NCBI GenBank assembly: GCA_964270895.1
Contig: OZ185437.1
Length of the DNA stretch: 64,000 bases
Strand: one strand, 5' to 3'
From: Podarcis filfolensis
Lineage: Eukaryota
The notes under the pieces were generated by a model that had not been told where the DNA came from, did not search any database, and saw only the letters and a list, made by a program, of their open reading frames with translations. Both the position numbers and the translations under genes were made by a program. Within the stretch, counting starts at the first letter, position 1. Every line of letters begins with the position of its first letter. This document shows positions 1-12,508 of this stretch, one piece after another.

Positions 1-187
1 CCTTGTTATAATTATCTCTCTCATTCCTTTTTCTCCCTAATGCTTGATGCCCTTGCCTCTTTCTCCCTTTGGTCCTTCCGCTACTGCTCCTTGTCCTTGC
101 AAAGTTTAGATTATAAGCTCCTCAGAGCAACAAACTGTCCTCTTTTTGTCAGCTGCTGGATTACATTTAGACTGGAGATGTAAGATA

Positions 188-402
188 CAGTGGTACCTCG
201 GGTTACAGACGCTTCAGGTTACAGACTCCGCTAACCCAGAAATAGTACCTCGGATTAAGAACTTTGCTTCAGGATGAGAACAGAAAACGTGTGGCGGTGA
301 TGGGAGGCCCCATTAGCTAAAGTGGTGCTTCAGGTTAAGAACAGTTTCAGGTTAAGAACAGACCTCTGGAACGAATTAAGTACGTAACCAGAGGTACCAC
401 TG
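188..402. mobile_element. Tc1/mariner (Tigger/pogo-like) MITE, TA TSD
   Basis: TIR cagtggtacctcgggttac / gtaaccagaggtaccactg (18 of 19 match); TA at 186-187 and 403-404. Confidence 0.88.
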
Positions 403-1494
403 TACATCTGAACAACAATAAAAGTATAGTAGTGAAGATAAGGGGGAAATATACATTCATTTTTGGCTGCACTGGCATGCTACTTCTCCCCACCACCACG
501 TCCCTGAACAACAGAATCAAGGAGAGAATTCAAAGAACTGATGCAGATGTTTTGGGACAACTGCCCAGCCAGCCATAACAATGCCAAAGAGATAAGCCCC
601 TGTTCTGCTTTAAAAGCAGCTTTTCTCTTTCAAACTGGGAACCACTGTACTCACAGTAGTACCCCATGCATGCACTTTCAGCACTTCTTTGGGTCCCAAT
701 CCAGTTCTTTACTGAATAATGCAGACAAATTTGTTTCTGAGAACACACATGATAAAATTCCTTACCATTCATAGTGTATTATCTATTACTACTATTTACA
801 GAAAACTCAGAAGATTTGCAACAGTAAACAAAATCCTCTGTTGCAGGCATTTTTAAATTTTCTGCAGCAGGTATTTCTAAATATTTGCTAGCTTATCATC
901 TTTTTTTCCTGAAAAGCCAAACAAATCAAAACAAAAACTACAGGAATTGTGCCATCTTACAAAAAAGAAGCAGCAGCAGCAGCAGCTAGAGAAATGTCCC
1001 AAAAGCAATCAGAACCTTTTGTGCAGTATGCTTTTAATGGTGTGGGTACAAGAGAGAAATAGTCCCCACACCACATAAATGGAGCATCACACTTGCCTCA
1101 TAGAAAAGGCTAAAGCATGATTAACATTAGTCTAGGCAGGTTTCCTTGGTACTATGTCTCACTGTGTTCATTTAGGCTTACTTTTACATACGTGTAGGGC
1201 TGCGGCATGAGAAATACTTTGTGCTAAAAGGGAAGGATGAATGGCAACTGATTCATACTGTAGAATATATTTATAGGGAATAACAGTAAATATTATGGAG
1301 AAGGAGCACTGAGGAGGTGGGGGGAGTCAACATTGTAGAAGTTGTAGAAATTTCTTTGTGGGGGTTTTTAAAATGATGCTGGACTGCCAGATAGATTTTT
1401 TTTAAGTCTGCTGAATGGATGTGGCCCTGCCTTCATGCACAGCACACGGCAGTAACACCAATTACTCTGTGATCTTGGGATGCCTTGAAAGGTG

Positions 1495-1725
1495 GTGGAG
1501 GCAGGTGGTTGATTTGTATTTTCAACCATTTTTAGTGCTATTAGACAACACTGTGAGATTCACAAAGCAGTTCATAATTCAGCTGAACATAAGTTAGTTT
1601 CATTGGCAGATGATATACTTTTGTTCATTTCGGAACCTCAGACTAGTATACCCATCTTGATGCAAATGATAGACACCTTTGGTAAAATATCAGGTTATTC
1701 TGCTAATTGGTCCAAATCAAAACCC
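1495..1725 (+). mobile_element. L1-clade RT fragment in FAM98A intron 1
   Basis: One frame reads SAIRQHCEIHK..EHKLVSLADDILLFISEPQTSIP..DTFGKISGYSANWSKS, matching the L1/Tx1 ..SLYADD..FG.ISGYK.N..KS region. Confidence 0.72.
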
Positions 1726-2099
1726 TCCTCCAAAATAAAGCTCATAGTGGTTTCCAATCCAGTTCATCTCCACAGCTGCTTTATTTCAGAAATGAATCAT
1801 ATGGTTCGAGACTGTTTACTAGACCAAAGAAAATGGATCTTTCAATGCGCAGAATGTTATCTCGTTAAGAAACCGCTATAGATATTGTCTTTTTCTAACA
1901 CTGAGCACTAACCTCCCCTCCCCACCTCCACGCAACCCCCCCCCAAAAAAAACTTCAAGAATTTAGTGATGATTAGTACTGTAAATGATTGCCCCACAAA
2001 ACACAGAGCACAGGGGTGAGGACACATAACAAAAAAAACAACTTTTTTAAAAAAAATCCAAAGTACAAGTTATTTACACATGTTTACTCTCATACATAC

Positions 2100-2152
2100 C
2101 CAAGGTCTTCCAGCGACTCTAGGATGTCATTCTCCATGAGCTCAAACTCCAT
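2100..2152 (-). CDS. FAM98A: FAM98A first coding exon (partial gene; downstream exons lie left of the window)
   Basis: Minus strand ATG at 2152 reads MEFELMENDILESLEDLG, then donor GG|gtatgt (phase 2). It matches the FAM98A N-terminus as I recall it (human MECDLMETDILESLEDLG). The next exon (YKGPLL...) was not found in 1-2099. Confidence 0.88.
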
Positions 2153-2229
2153 TTCCGGGGCTTCAGAATGAGCACAAAAGAAAAAGGGGGTTGGAAAAAC
2201 CTAGAACCTGCAATTAACAAACCCAGATT

Positions 2230-3200
2230 CGGTTAGCAACGCCTGAGAGAATGCAGCGGTCACCATCATGACTGGCGCAGAGTGGCTTGGATGCCCTGCT
2301 CGCCTCACGGTTCGCCTGGGGAGGGAGATATCGAGCTCGCCCCACACAGACCTGCCCCCCACACCAGGAACAGCCCCACTGAATGCCCGACCACCGACCC
2401 CCCCCCCTTCCCAGGCGACACTGTCCCAGAGGTGGGCAGGCGTTCAGGGGCTCCTGCTTCCGTTAAGAACTGGCTCTGGCCTGCCTGGCCCCCCACCTCC
2501 CCGCCCTACTGAGGGGCGCCGTTCCATCCCGCCCAGCAGCGCCCCAAACCTCCTACCCCGCAACCTACCTTTCGCGCAGCTGCTCCGCCGCCGACTGCTG
2601 GGTTGGCATGTCAGGAGGTGGGGGAAGGGCGAGGAGAGGGGGAAGGCCCCCTTTGCCTGACCTTTCACCTCACGGGGCTGGGCGCCTCCAATCTCGCCTG
2701 ATTGAAAAAAATGATCCGCTCTACGCCTTGAAAACCCTCCTGTTCCCTCACACTCTGCCTCTAGCGGTTCATATTGGTCTAAGAAAGCCTCTCTTTTTAC
2801 CCCTTAACGCAGGAAGTTATATTTCAGAGCGTCAATAAATATTTTCTTCAGGCACAACTGTTGGACAGCCCTAAGAGGACTTTCTCGCTTTCCCTTTCCT
2901 ATCTCTATATAAAGGAACCACGTTGGGGGAGAAAAAACCCCTGGGCCTGAAAGGAGGAGGAGTGGACGGTGTGGGAGAAGGGACAAACTACTTCAAGAGA
3001 CGGGCGTTTCCGCTTTGTGAAACTACACGAACCAGCATGCAATGGTTCACCTTTCGCTACTCTCTGAGCGTTTATGGAAGCTGCGCTGAAGGAGCAAATA
3101 TCGGCGCCCTCGTGAGAAATGGAATCTCTTCTAGTTATTGAGGATTGCTGAAGCATAATGAAAATAGTATAGAGTGGCGGCCAACAATAGCTATTGCAAA
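2230..3200 (-). promoter_or_regulatory. FAM98A CpG-rich promoter and probable non-coding first exon
   Basis: CpG/GC-rich. ACTACAcgaaccagCATGC (3022-3040) resembles the ZNF143/THAP11 ACTACAnnTCCCAnnATGC motif. TATATAAAG at 2906-2914. Minus-strand donors at 2662/2669/2674 and a pyrimidine-tract acceptor at 2160/2161, just upstream of the ATG. Confidence 0.6.
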
Positions 3201-3924
3201 TTACCAATTTCAGCCCCGAAAAGTGGTAATTTTGCAGTAGCTATTACCACTTTTGCAAACTGAGGAATAAAAGTATGACACAGGGTCTTCTCAGGAGCAC
3301 AAAAAGTAGATGAGCAGGTTAAACTGTTCCAGGACTGTACCACTTCAGGTTGCAGGTGTGATAATCAGGAAAGAGAGGAAGACCTTGCCCACTGACCTCC
3401 CTAGCGCAGTGCTGCTGACATTGCAATGTGTCCACTCAGAAATAAGCCACGCTGCCTTCTAGCAGTCTTATTCCCAGGTAAACAAGCATAGGATTCCAGC
3501 CTGCCTAAGCCTTCCATTTATAGCCAGCCAATCTGTAGGATGGTGAAAGAAGAGACGGCAAGGCCCGTTTCCATCCACTGTAGTTTATTTTTCTTTTGCT
3601 AGTCACACATCTTATGAAAACAGGGTTGCAATAGAGATCAAGGTTAAGGAGAACAGATAGCCATTTAAAGCAAAAAAATTTTTTTCTTCCAGTAGCACCT
3701 TAAAGACCAACTAAGTTAGTTCTTGGTATGAGCTTTCGTGTGCATGCACACTTCTTCAGATACACACGGCTACCTATCTGTAGATAGCCATTTCTTTAAC
3801 ATGCAAAGAGGGAACCTGTGACTTTTCAGATGTTGGACTACCCAGCCAGCTAAGGCAAAGGTCAGGGATGATGGGAGTCCCAACAACCAGTCTTTGCTCC
3901 ATGTTAGATTCTATGTGTGAATCC

Positions 3925-4025
3925 CACCCCCAAATTAATTCAACCTACCTCAAAGGGTTGTTGTGAGGATAGGTGAAGAACCATGTACACCACCATGAAC
4001 TCCTTGGAGCAAAGTCAGGCTATAA
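3925..4025 (+). mobile_element. MIR/CORE-SINE-like fragment
   Basis: aacctacctcaaagggttgttgtgaggat is the CORE-SINE 3' pattern; a similar remnant lies at ~10140-10270. Confidence 0.45.
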
Positions 4026-5212
4026 CTGTAAAATATATCTGCCTTTCATAGTCCAGTAGCAATTTTAGTGCTTTATTTCTTAGCACTATTACTCCCTGCC
4101 CCCACCATTGATGACCACTTTCTCTCATTCTACCAGTTTCGCCCATCTTCCTCCTGTCATGGTTTATAAAGTGAGAACTGTCAAATGATAATTGTTTTAT
4201 GTGAGTTTTTCTAAATAACATAGGCAGAGGTGTATGAATACTTCGTTTTGTTTATGGCAAGAAAACAGTCTCTGCAAGGAAAAATGGGGTTTGCCCAGCA
4301 GTGCTTCTTAGTGGATCAAAGGGTTGATCCCAGGTAAGAAAGCAGCTACAGCAGAAACGAGGCAACCAAAAGCTCTCAATGCTACTGTCAAGGGTGTTCT
4401 TTAGGAAAGGGCAAATCCTATCTAGTTGGGCCCTGAGAGACTGGCTGAAAAGGTGCTTCATGGTTTATGTTTGAAAAGGAACCAGTAAGTTCACAAATGT
4501 TCTAAGATAAACTGTAAAATGCCACTTTGAGCTCAAACAAAATACGCTACAAATAATTTACATGCTTGAGACACATCTTGGGTGAAAAGATATAGTGGGC
4601 AAAGAAGAATTTATAGCCCTGGCCTGCTCCAAAGGCTTTATGCAAAATACAAACTGTTGGGGTGGCAGTGCAGCAAATTTTCTGGACAATACAGTAAATC
4701 TACCACATTCACACCAGAAAGACTTAAACAACCAAGTGATCTAGATATAATTTGACATTGAACCAGAAGACCTCAGGTTTATATGGCTGCAGTTGGCCAT
4801 CCCAAAATGCAGAATGATGCCACTTGCAGAGGTACTGCCTTGCCATATTTTCAGATTTAGATTGTGGAAGATAACTTTTTCCAAGATCTGTTAAATTGGC
4901 TAGCAGAATCAGAACCTCTTCTTTGGCAAGATGTCATTCTGGAGCAATCAAAGTGCTGGTGAGAGGCTGTTGGAAGGCGACTCTCCCAGCTCTCCAAGAA
5001 GCCTCTTTTGAGTGACCCTCCTGAATAGGAAAAAGAATCACCAAAAAAATAGACATCCTGCTCACAGGAGGTGCTTCTGCCTGCTTTTTAAACATCCACA
5101 ACTTTCCACGAACCATTCTTCACCCATTCAGGAGCGTTTCCCAACCCTCAGAATGTTTTTTGAGGAACTTGGAAAACTGCTGGGATCAAGAGAAGTTGGG
5201 GAAGTCATAATC

Positions 5213-5640
5213 TAAGAAAAAAGCCCTGTTGGCTCAGACCAAAGGCCCATGTAATCTAGCATTTTGTGGGCAAGCTTATACCTGCATGAATATCCCACTT
5301 TTAGCTGCATTCATTTCCTGAAACATAATTGTGTTGTAGGAGATTCATGATATACTGCCCCCCTACCCTGGCTGGATCACACCAAATGCCTATCCAGCAT
5401 TCTGTTTAGTAGCCAGCCTATGGGAAGCCCACAAGCAAGGAATGAGCACAACAGCATGCACCCTTCTCTCCTACTCATGCTTCCCAGCGATTCATTTTCA
5501 GAAGCATCAGACTAGATACAATGGCAGTGAATTCCATTGTTAAACTAAATGCTGTTTGAAGTACTTCCTTTTGTCTGTCCTGAAGCTCTCACCATTCAAC
5601 TTTAATGGTTGATCCCAGAGTCTAGTATTATGGGAAACCT
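5213..5640 (-). mobile_element. CR1 3' end / 3'UTR fragments
   Basis: The reverse complement contains ttcaggacagacaaaaggaagtact (FRTDKRKY). The reptile CR1 3'UTR pattern ctggatcagaccaaaggcccat..tatgggaagcccacaagc is also present. Confidence 0.6.
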
Positions 5641-8454
5641 ATCCACGTTTTCTCCAGCACCATGCATGACATGCTTCGGCAGCCCCATGCTTCCCTGGAT
5701 CCAAGCATCATTTTTAAAACAACTGCTAGACAGGCTGCATGAAATAGTGACTGGAAGCACTGTATCCATCAGGTCCTGGTTTAACATTTGGATTTTTAAT
5801 CAGTTTTCACATTGAGATAAGGAATAAGACACTTGCTGCTTTGCACTGAAATAAGGTTAATTATGTAGTTCAGGGCTGGGGGGGGATTGCTCTCCAGAAG
5901 TTGCTGAACTACCACTCCCATAATCTCTTATACAAACATTGGCCATGTTGGCCAGGACTGATGTAAGTTGGAGTCCAACATTTGGGGCTGCAGGTACCCC
6001 ACACTGATGTAGTTACTAAAATAATGTCATAGTGCAAAAAGAAAACCCAGACACCAGAGTAATTTTACAATAAGCATTTTAATGTATTTGTTTAAAATAC
6101 AGTGATTTGACACATTTCACTGATGATACCAGAAATTTTATAGTAACAGGTAACTACGAATAATTAACCTTCGTTTTTGTTATCTACCTCTTTTTCTTTT
6201 ACATTATGAAGCTCACCTGAAATATTCCACTCCAGTATACCTTCAGGATAGGAAGAACTGGGCAGGAAAACTCCCCCCAGCCAAGAAAAAAAAAAGGAAC
6301 ACAGTTCATGCAAATAAATACCAACCTTGTTATTGTTAGATCTGTTCAAATATTCTCAGGAAGTATCAGAATTGCTCAAATAAACTAGAAATAAAGGGTG
6401 GTCATCAAGAGTGAACACTTTACATATTTATCAAATCATTGCTTTTTGCCCTGTCATTACCCTTGTTTTATTTTGTCTGTGCTAGAGGCTCCTGCTGTGC
6501 AACCCTCCCCAAGGCTTCTCTAGAATGGAATGCCAAGGTCTCTTGCAAAAGTACTGGCTGGTCACAACATAAAAATTACTCTGCTCCCGAGGCCTGAAAT
6601 GTATACAGGATTGCCCTGTTGCCATACTTTTAAAAACAGCATCTTGGAAGTTACTTAAAATACTTTCCCCCCACCCCCCATTCTAATATTGCCAGGTATT
6701 TTGGCAACTAGTCTTATTTCTGTTCCACTAACCTATGTTCAGCTGCTGACTTTTCAACTACCGGTAAATGTTAAAAAAGATTCAGAGGACTTCCTCCCAG
6801 TGTTAAAGGTAAAAACTTGAGAATTAGCATTGTGCTTTGTTCGTTCCGATGGTGTTGGATTTTTTTTGTGCTGGAGTGGAGGGAAAAGATAACTTTAATG
6901 CATGGAAACTGCCAGTAGCTTCTCCAGGTATATTATTTTTTAAAAGTTGGAGTGAGGGTGGAGATGCAAAATCCCTATCCATATAACAATGCAAGCCCCG
7001 TGCCAAACTTTTAAAAATTGTAAATGTCAGACACCAGCAGGAGGAAGAATGTGTTGTTCTTTAAGTGCTCTCAAGAGACACTAATCAGGGGGTAGTCAAT
7101 GCAGGGCCCTCCAAATGTTGTTTACAGCTACCATCACTCCTAAGTACAGGCCATGCTGGCTGAGAGCTACAGTTCAAAACACCTGGAAAGCACTACATTG
7201 GACCTCCATGCAGTAACCAACAGGCTCCCCTGCAATTAGGGCAGTGAGGGAGGGGAAGGCACACTAATTCAGCAGCTAACGGGCAAGATCCCAGGAACGA
7301 TTCAACAAGTTGCGAAACGTCATCAGGATCTGACCAAATCACTATGACTGCATATGCACCATACATTTAAAGCACACACCTGAAGAATCGTAAGAACAGT
7401 AGTTTGAGAAGAGTGCTGGGAATTGTAGCTCCATGAGGTGCAAACTACAGTTCCAAGGGTGGGAGGGTGGGTGTGCTCGAAATGGTTTGTGTACACAAGT
7501 CTAAATCACTCTAATGTGATAAACAACCCCATGTCTAGGAAGACTTAGAATGATATCCAACGTTAGTCATACTCAAGACTCACTGGAAAAAATGAATTAA
7601 CATAGCTTGTTTGCACTTTAACTACCTGTACTTTTTAATCTAAGGACTCAGCTATACAGATGCAAATAAAACACAATGTGTTTTAAGTGCAATATACAAT
7701 GTTACACTAGATAGCGATAGTGAGCCTTATGCTAAATTCAACATATTTAAAAAATAAATAAATTAAAAAAGCATTTTCAGAACGACTTTTATATTTGTGT
7801 AGATTCCACCTAAGTGCCCTGAAATGCATCCATACCAATATTTATTTGCCCCCAAGTATTTAAAATTTAATTCTCAAATCTAAGCAAATGCTTGGTGTTA
7901 GTAAAGTGGCCGATGAGCACTTAAATCAAATGTAGCAACACACTAATACACATGTATTATGCAATCACATTCTATGAGAATCCTCTTATTCAGATTAGAA
8001 TAAGAAATGTGCCAGAGAACAATACCCACAATATTCAAGAGGCTACTTATATCCCTCAGTGCAACTATGCCATTGTCTCCCCAACTAACAGGAAGAATCC
8101 CATATCCGTAACAAAAAAGACAACACTGTAGATGCATGCATATGTTAATTACCTGAAACAATTCATTCTGAAAATCTAGAACTTAATTCCGCTTGCATAA
8201 ACTTTAAACATTAACCTTCACTGAAGTTGCAGAAAACCACCTCAATGATCTTTGTTTACTACGGTAGCTGGTGACCACAGATATATTTTCTAGTGCTTAC
8301 AAGAAAATTAAATTGTATTTGACAAGAGAAGTCAACATGTGTCACACCTGTACACAACCAGCTGTCCTGTATACTACACCATTTCTACCCCTATTTCTAG
8401 GACCAGAAAAAAGCTTTTCCTGAAACTTCCAGCATTTGGCTTCATTGGATGGTC

Positions 8455-9450
8455 AAAATTATAGAATTATAGAGTTATTCTTCCTACCATACATGATTTT
8501 CTACATCCTTATCATCACTTCTTGGCTTTTTGGGTAAGATCAAGTGTACTCACCTCTTTTCTAAAATAAAGAGCCTGAATGTTGTTAACCTTTCCTTATG
8601 CACTTGTTGTTCCAGTCCCTTGATCCAATTTGGTTGCCTTTTTCTGAACCTTTTCCAACTTGAGGTGACCAAAACTGCACACAGTATTTCAAGTGTGGTC
8701 TCACCAGATATGTGTAACATTATATTGACAGTTTTAAAGATCCTGAACGTGGACATCACTTTTGCCATTTGGTTCACGCTTATCCTCTATGTGTCTCATT
8801 CCTGGCCAATCACTGAAAATTCAGGTCCCACTAGCATATATATAGTACTTAAAAGTATGATCTCTCTGCACCTTACTTTGAATTGCATTTGCCATCTTAC
8901 TGCCCATTCACCCGGTTTGGAGATCCTTTTGGAACTGCCTGCAATTCTTTTTAGCCACATTGAACAATTTGCTATCAGCAGCAAACTTGGCTACCTCTCT
9001 GATCAACCCAAACTCTAGATCATTAATGAATACATTAAGAAGTACAGGTCCCATACTGATCCTTTGGAGTCCTCCATTGGGAGAACTGTCCATTTATTCT
9101 TACTCTGTGCTTCTTGCTACATAACCAATTCCTGATCCATAAGAGGACCTCTCATTTCATGTCTGTTACGCTTACTCAGGAGTCTTTGGTGAGTTACTTT
9201 ATCAAAAGCTTTTTAGAAGTTTTAAGTACACAGTATCAACCGGGTCACCTCAACCAATATGCTTGTTGACACTCTCAGAGAACTCGAGAATGTTGAGACA
9301 GGACTTACCCTTGCAGAAGTCATGCTGGTTTCGTTTCAACAACTCTTGTACTTTTATATACCTCACAATTCTATCTTTAATAATGCTTTCCACCAATTTT
9401 CCTGGAACAGATGTTAAGCTAACTGACCTGTTATTTCCCACATCCCTCCC
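8455..9450 (-). mobile_element. Degraded CR1 LINE ORF2 fragment
   Basis: Broken frames give RSVSLTSVPGKLVESIIKDRI..NQHDFCKGKSCL, GPVLLNVFINDL..VAKFAADSKLF and WIKGLEQ..KERL..LFILEKR, all CR1 RT motifs with many lesions. A catagaat-like tail remnant lies near 8460. Confidence 0.82.
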
Positions 9451-9824
9451 ACCGCCAAAAAAAAAAAAAAAAAGTTGGCTACTTTATAATCCTCAGAGTG
9501 TGTCTGATCTTAGGAACTATTTTTTTTAAAAAAGACCAGCAATTTCACATTTGAAATCTTTTAAGAAATGCCAGGTGGGTGCCACCCAGACCCTGTGATT
9601 AGTTAATTTTTGTTAATAAGGGCAATCCCTTGTCATCACAATTTGTTTCCGTTTCACCACATTGTCAATTCATGTGCATAGGCAAACTCTTACTATCTTG
9701 CTATTCAGTATCGTTTTCTACTGTAATGCAATTTTCACATTGAACTGTCTGAACTAAAAGAACTTCTCTCAACATGAACTAACATCAATTAAGTTACCCG
9801 TTACATTTTTAAACTATAATTCTA

Positions 9825-10000
9825 TCAGTAAAATGAAGGCATTTAGAATTTTAAAAAAAAAAGTTTTCCCCCTTTCCTTTTGGAGCATTCTTATACATGA
9901 AGTAGGAGTTTCAATCCAAGTTTGTGAGGGGAAAAGCATAGTCATGGTAGGTAATATGGATAAGAAAATAACAAGAGATTGTGGTGTAATGCAGGGATGG
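9825..10000 (+). mobile_element. Very degraded RT fragment (RTE- or L1-like)
   Basis: MKAF....WSIL..VGV.....EG....MVG......CGVMQG resembles the KAFD..LW..L..GV..Y.G..GVRQG RT segment. Weak match. Confidence 0.35.
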
Positions 10001-11154
10001 CCAATGTGGTACACCTTCCAGATACTGTTGGACTAAAACTCCCATCAGCCCCAGAAAGCATGGCTTTTGGCCAGGGATTATGGGAACTGTAACCCAACAT
10101 CTGGAAGACACTGGATAACACCAGTGTGGAAGAGATACCTCCTCAGCTCTGAAGCTCATTGGGTAGCCTTAATCTAGTCACCATTTCTTAGCTCAATATA
10201 CCTCATAGAACTGTTGATTATTATAAAATGGACAGAAGAGAGAGCCTGTAACTCCTTGAAGGAAGGATAAAATTGGAAGAAATATCAGATGAAACCAGTG
10301 TTTATTGGATTTCACTGGAATAAGTTATGGCAGAAAATGTTTACTAAACTTACTTCTTTGATCAAAACCACGAATCCACAGATGTGTGCAGCTGCAACAG
10401 CAGTGTGACCTCTACTGCACCTGTTGATATTCCAAGCAAAGTAAGAAGCATGTCTTTGCTGCCCCACCACCTGAAATCCTGTTCATATATACTATCAAGC
10501 AGAGCACAGAACGGTAGCAGCAGAGTTGGCTTCCGAGTTGTCAGTAACCTATGGATACAGACAAGCAAAGCAACCACAATCCCACCTCTTTCTTTATGCT
10601 ATCTTGCTTCTGATATTGGTAATGGTGGTTGCTAGCAGCAATTCCTACTTTTGTACCTGTGTAATGTTCTGGGTCAGCACAGAAGTGTTAGTGCAACAGT
10701 GTAGGCTGAACAACTGACAGCACAAGTTAATTGTATCTCCACCATAAATACTTATTTACTTAATTCAACTGCATTTTTAATTAGCATAAACCCTTTTTTG
10801 TTTTTTAACAGTTCACTCATATCCCACTTTACAAACACTAACTTTATTTGTGGACCCTGGGCCTGGATCTTTTAAAACATAATGGGGGGAAAAACCAAAA
10901 GTTTTCAAAGCATTTTTACCATACTGTTTTCTTTTAAAATTGAAAGAGCGTAAGTTACACACCATGTTTAACCTGCTGAATATTTAAAGTTTTCTCATAA
11001 TGCTGCATAATTCATGGCTTGATTTAATTTCCAGTGTGGTGAAAATGGGAAAATAACTGAAGAACCAGTTGTCTGAATGTTCACAAAAAACAACTTGTAG
11101 AACCACTTATTTAAAGAACAAAGGGGAAAATGGCAGTATCTTTGATATATTGGG

Positions 11155-11160
11155 TTTATT
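11155..11160 (-). terminator. Candidate ZNF318 polyadenylation signal AATAAA
   Basis: AATAAA on the minus strand ~1.35 kb after the stop, followed by U/GU-rich sequence. A second AATAAA lies at 10843-10848. Confidence 0.45.
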
Positions 11161-12508
11161 TTAGATTTACAGATAAACCTTTTATATAGATCCATGCAAA
11201 CGTTTACTTCATATCTTGACAAGCTGAATAAGTGAAAAACCTTCACAAAACAGTATTTTGCGGCTCAGGGGTTCATTCAGGCATGTAATGTCTGGGTATG
11301 TGAAGTGAATCCAATCCTGAGAGCAAAGTTGAGATCTTCTATTTCTTCTGAGCTGGGCAGCTGCTAAACAATTCAACACAAACAGTTACTGCATTACAAT
11401 ACAATGAAATGAAATGTGATTTCAAATCATGTAAGTGACCTCAATATGCAGAGTCCAGTTGTTGGGCCACAGCCTTACCAAATAGTTTCCGTCTCCAAAA
11501 GTGAGTTGGTGGATTTTTCTTCTTTGCTCAGCGAGATGATATCCACACACACAGTAACATGGCATTACAGTCTGGGTTACAGATGCAATTCAACAACGTA
11601 ATTACAAGTCAAAAATGCAGAACAATCTTTATGCATTTTACATTTTGTGCAACAAAACATGCATAACATTTCAAATAAACTTTCTGCTCAAATGTTTCAG
11701 CAAGAGCCTTCTTTTTTCTTCAAGTTCTGAACAGGTGTTCTTGCGCTTGTCACTGTTGCACTTGGAATGTTACTTACAAAAGCTGTGTAAATCAGAAACC
11801 ATTAAAATAGTCAAAGAAAAATGCAAAAAACCCACAAAACCCATATATGCCCCTACAGCAATAAACCCTCCAAAGGCCCACATACACACTGGCTGCATTC
11901 CCACAAAATGCCAAACTATTGTTTAAGCATTACAAGGAAAATCTGCAGCAAGCCTTGAGCTCACTTGCTACCACCCTTTTCCTCCAGTACAGTCATGACA
12001 TTTGGAAACTTTCACTTCCATTTTAGACCAACTGTAGCTTAGCTTGTCTTGCTGTCCATATCCAGAGAAAATGCAGCTAGTCCTATGGTTGGTGGAAACA
12101 AGCCAACTTCATATCATAGTTTATGAAGCTTAAGATTAACCACAGTTTGTGTTTCAGACATAATGTGAAACTGTGATTAATGCAACGTTCAATTTCCTCA
12201 CAGTCACACCAGGAGAGGTAAAATGAAGTGTGCAAACTAAAGGTTCACTGTTATGCATTCTGATAATGCTAAATCATGGTTCTGTATTATATGTGAAGGT
12301 CAGTTATAGATGAGTAATTGCATTTTAACTGCAAGAAATAGAAATGAAATGTTCTAAGTTCAACAAAAAAATGTTTATACAATCCAATATGTACAATGGC
12401 GTGTATTTTTCAGGGCAAATGAAGTTCAGGCTTTAGCAAATATCTACTTCAAAATATCTAACATATCAAACTCAAACAGAATATTTACAAAATCTACACA
12501 ACAGCTAC

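Noticed and set aside
2268-2838. Pro/Gly/Arg-rich ORFs of 63-130 aa
   Set aside because: They come from the GC-rich FAM98A promoter/intron and have no recognisable domain.
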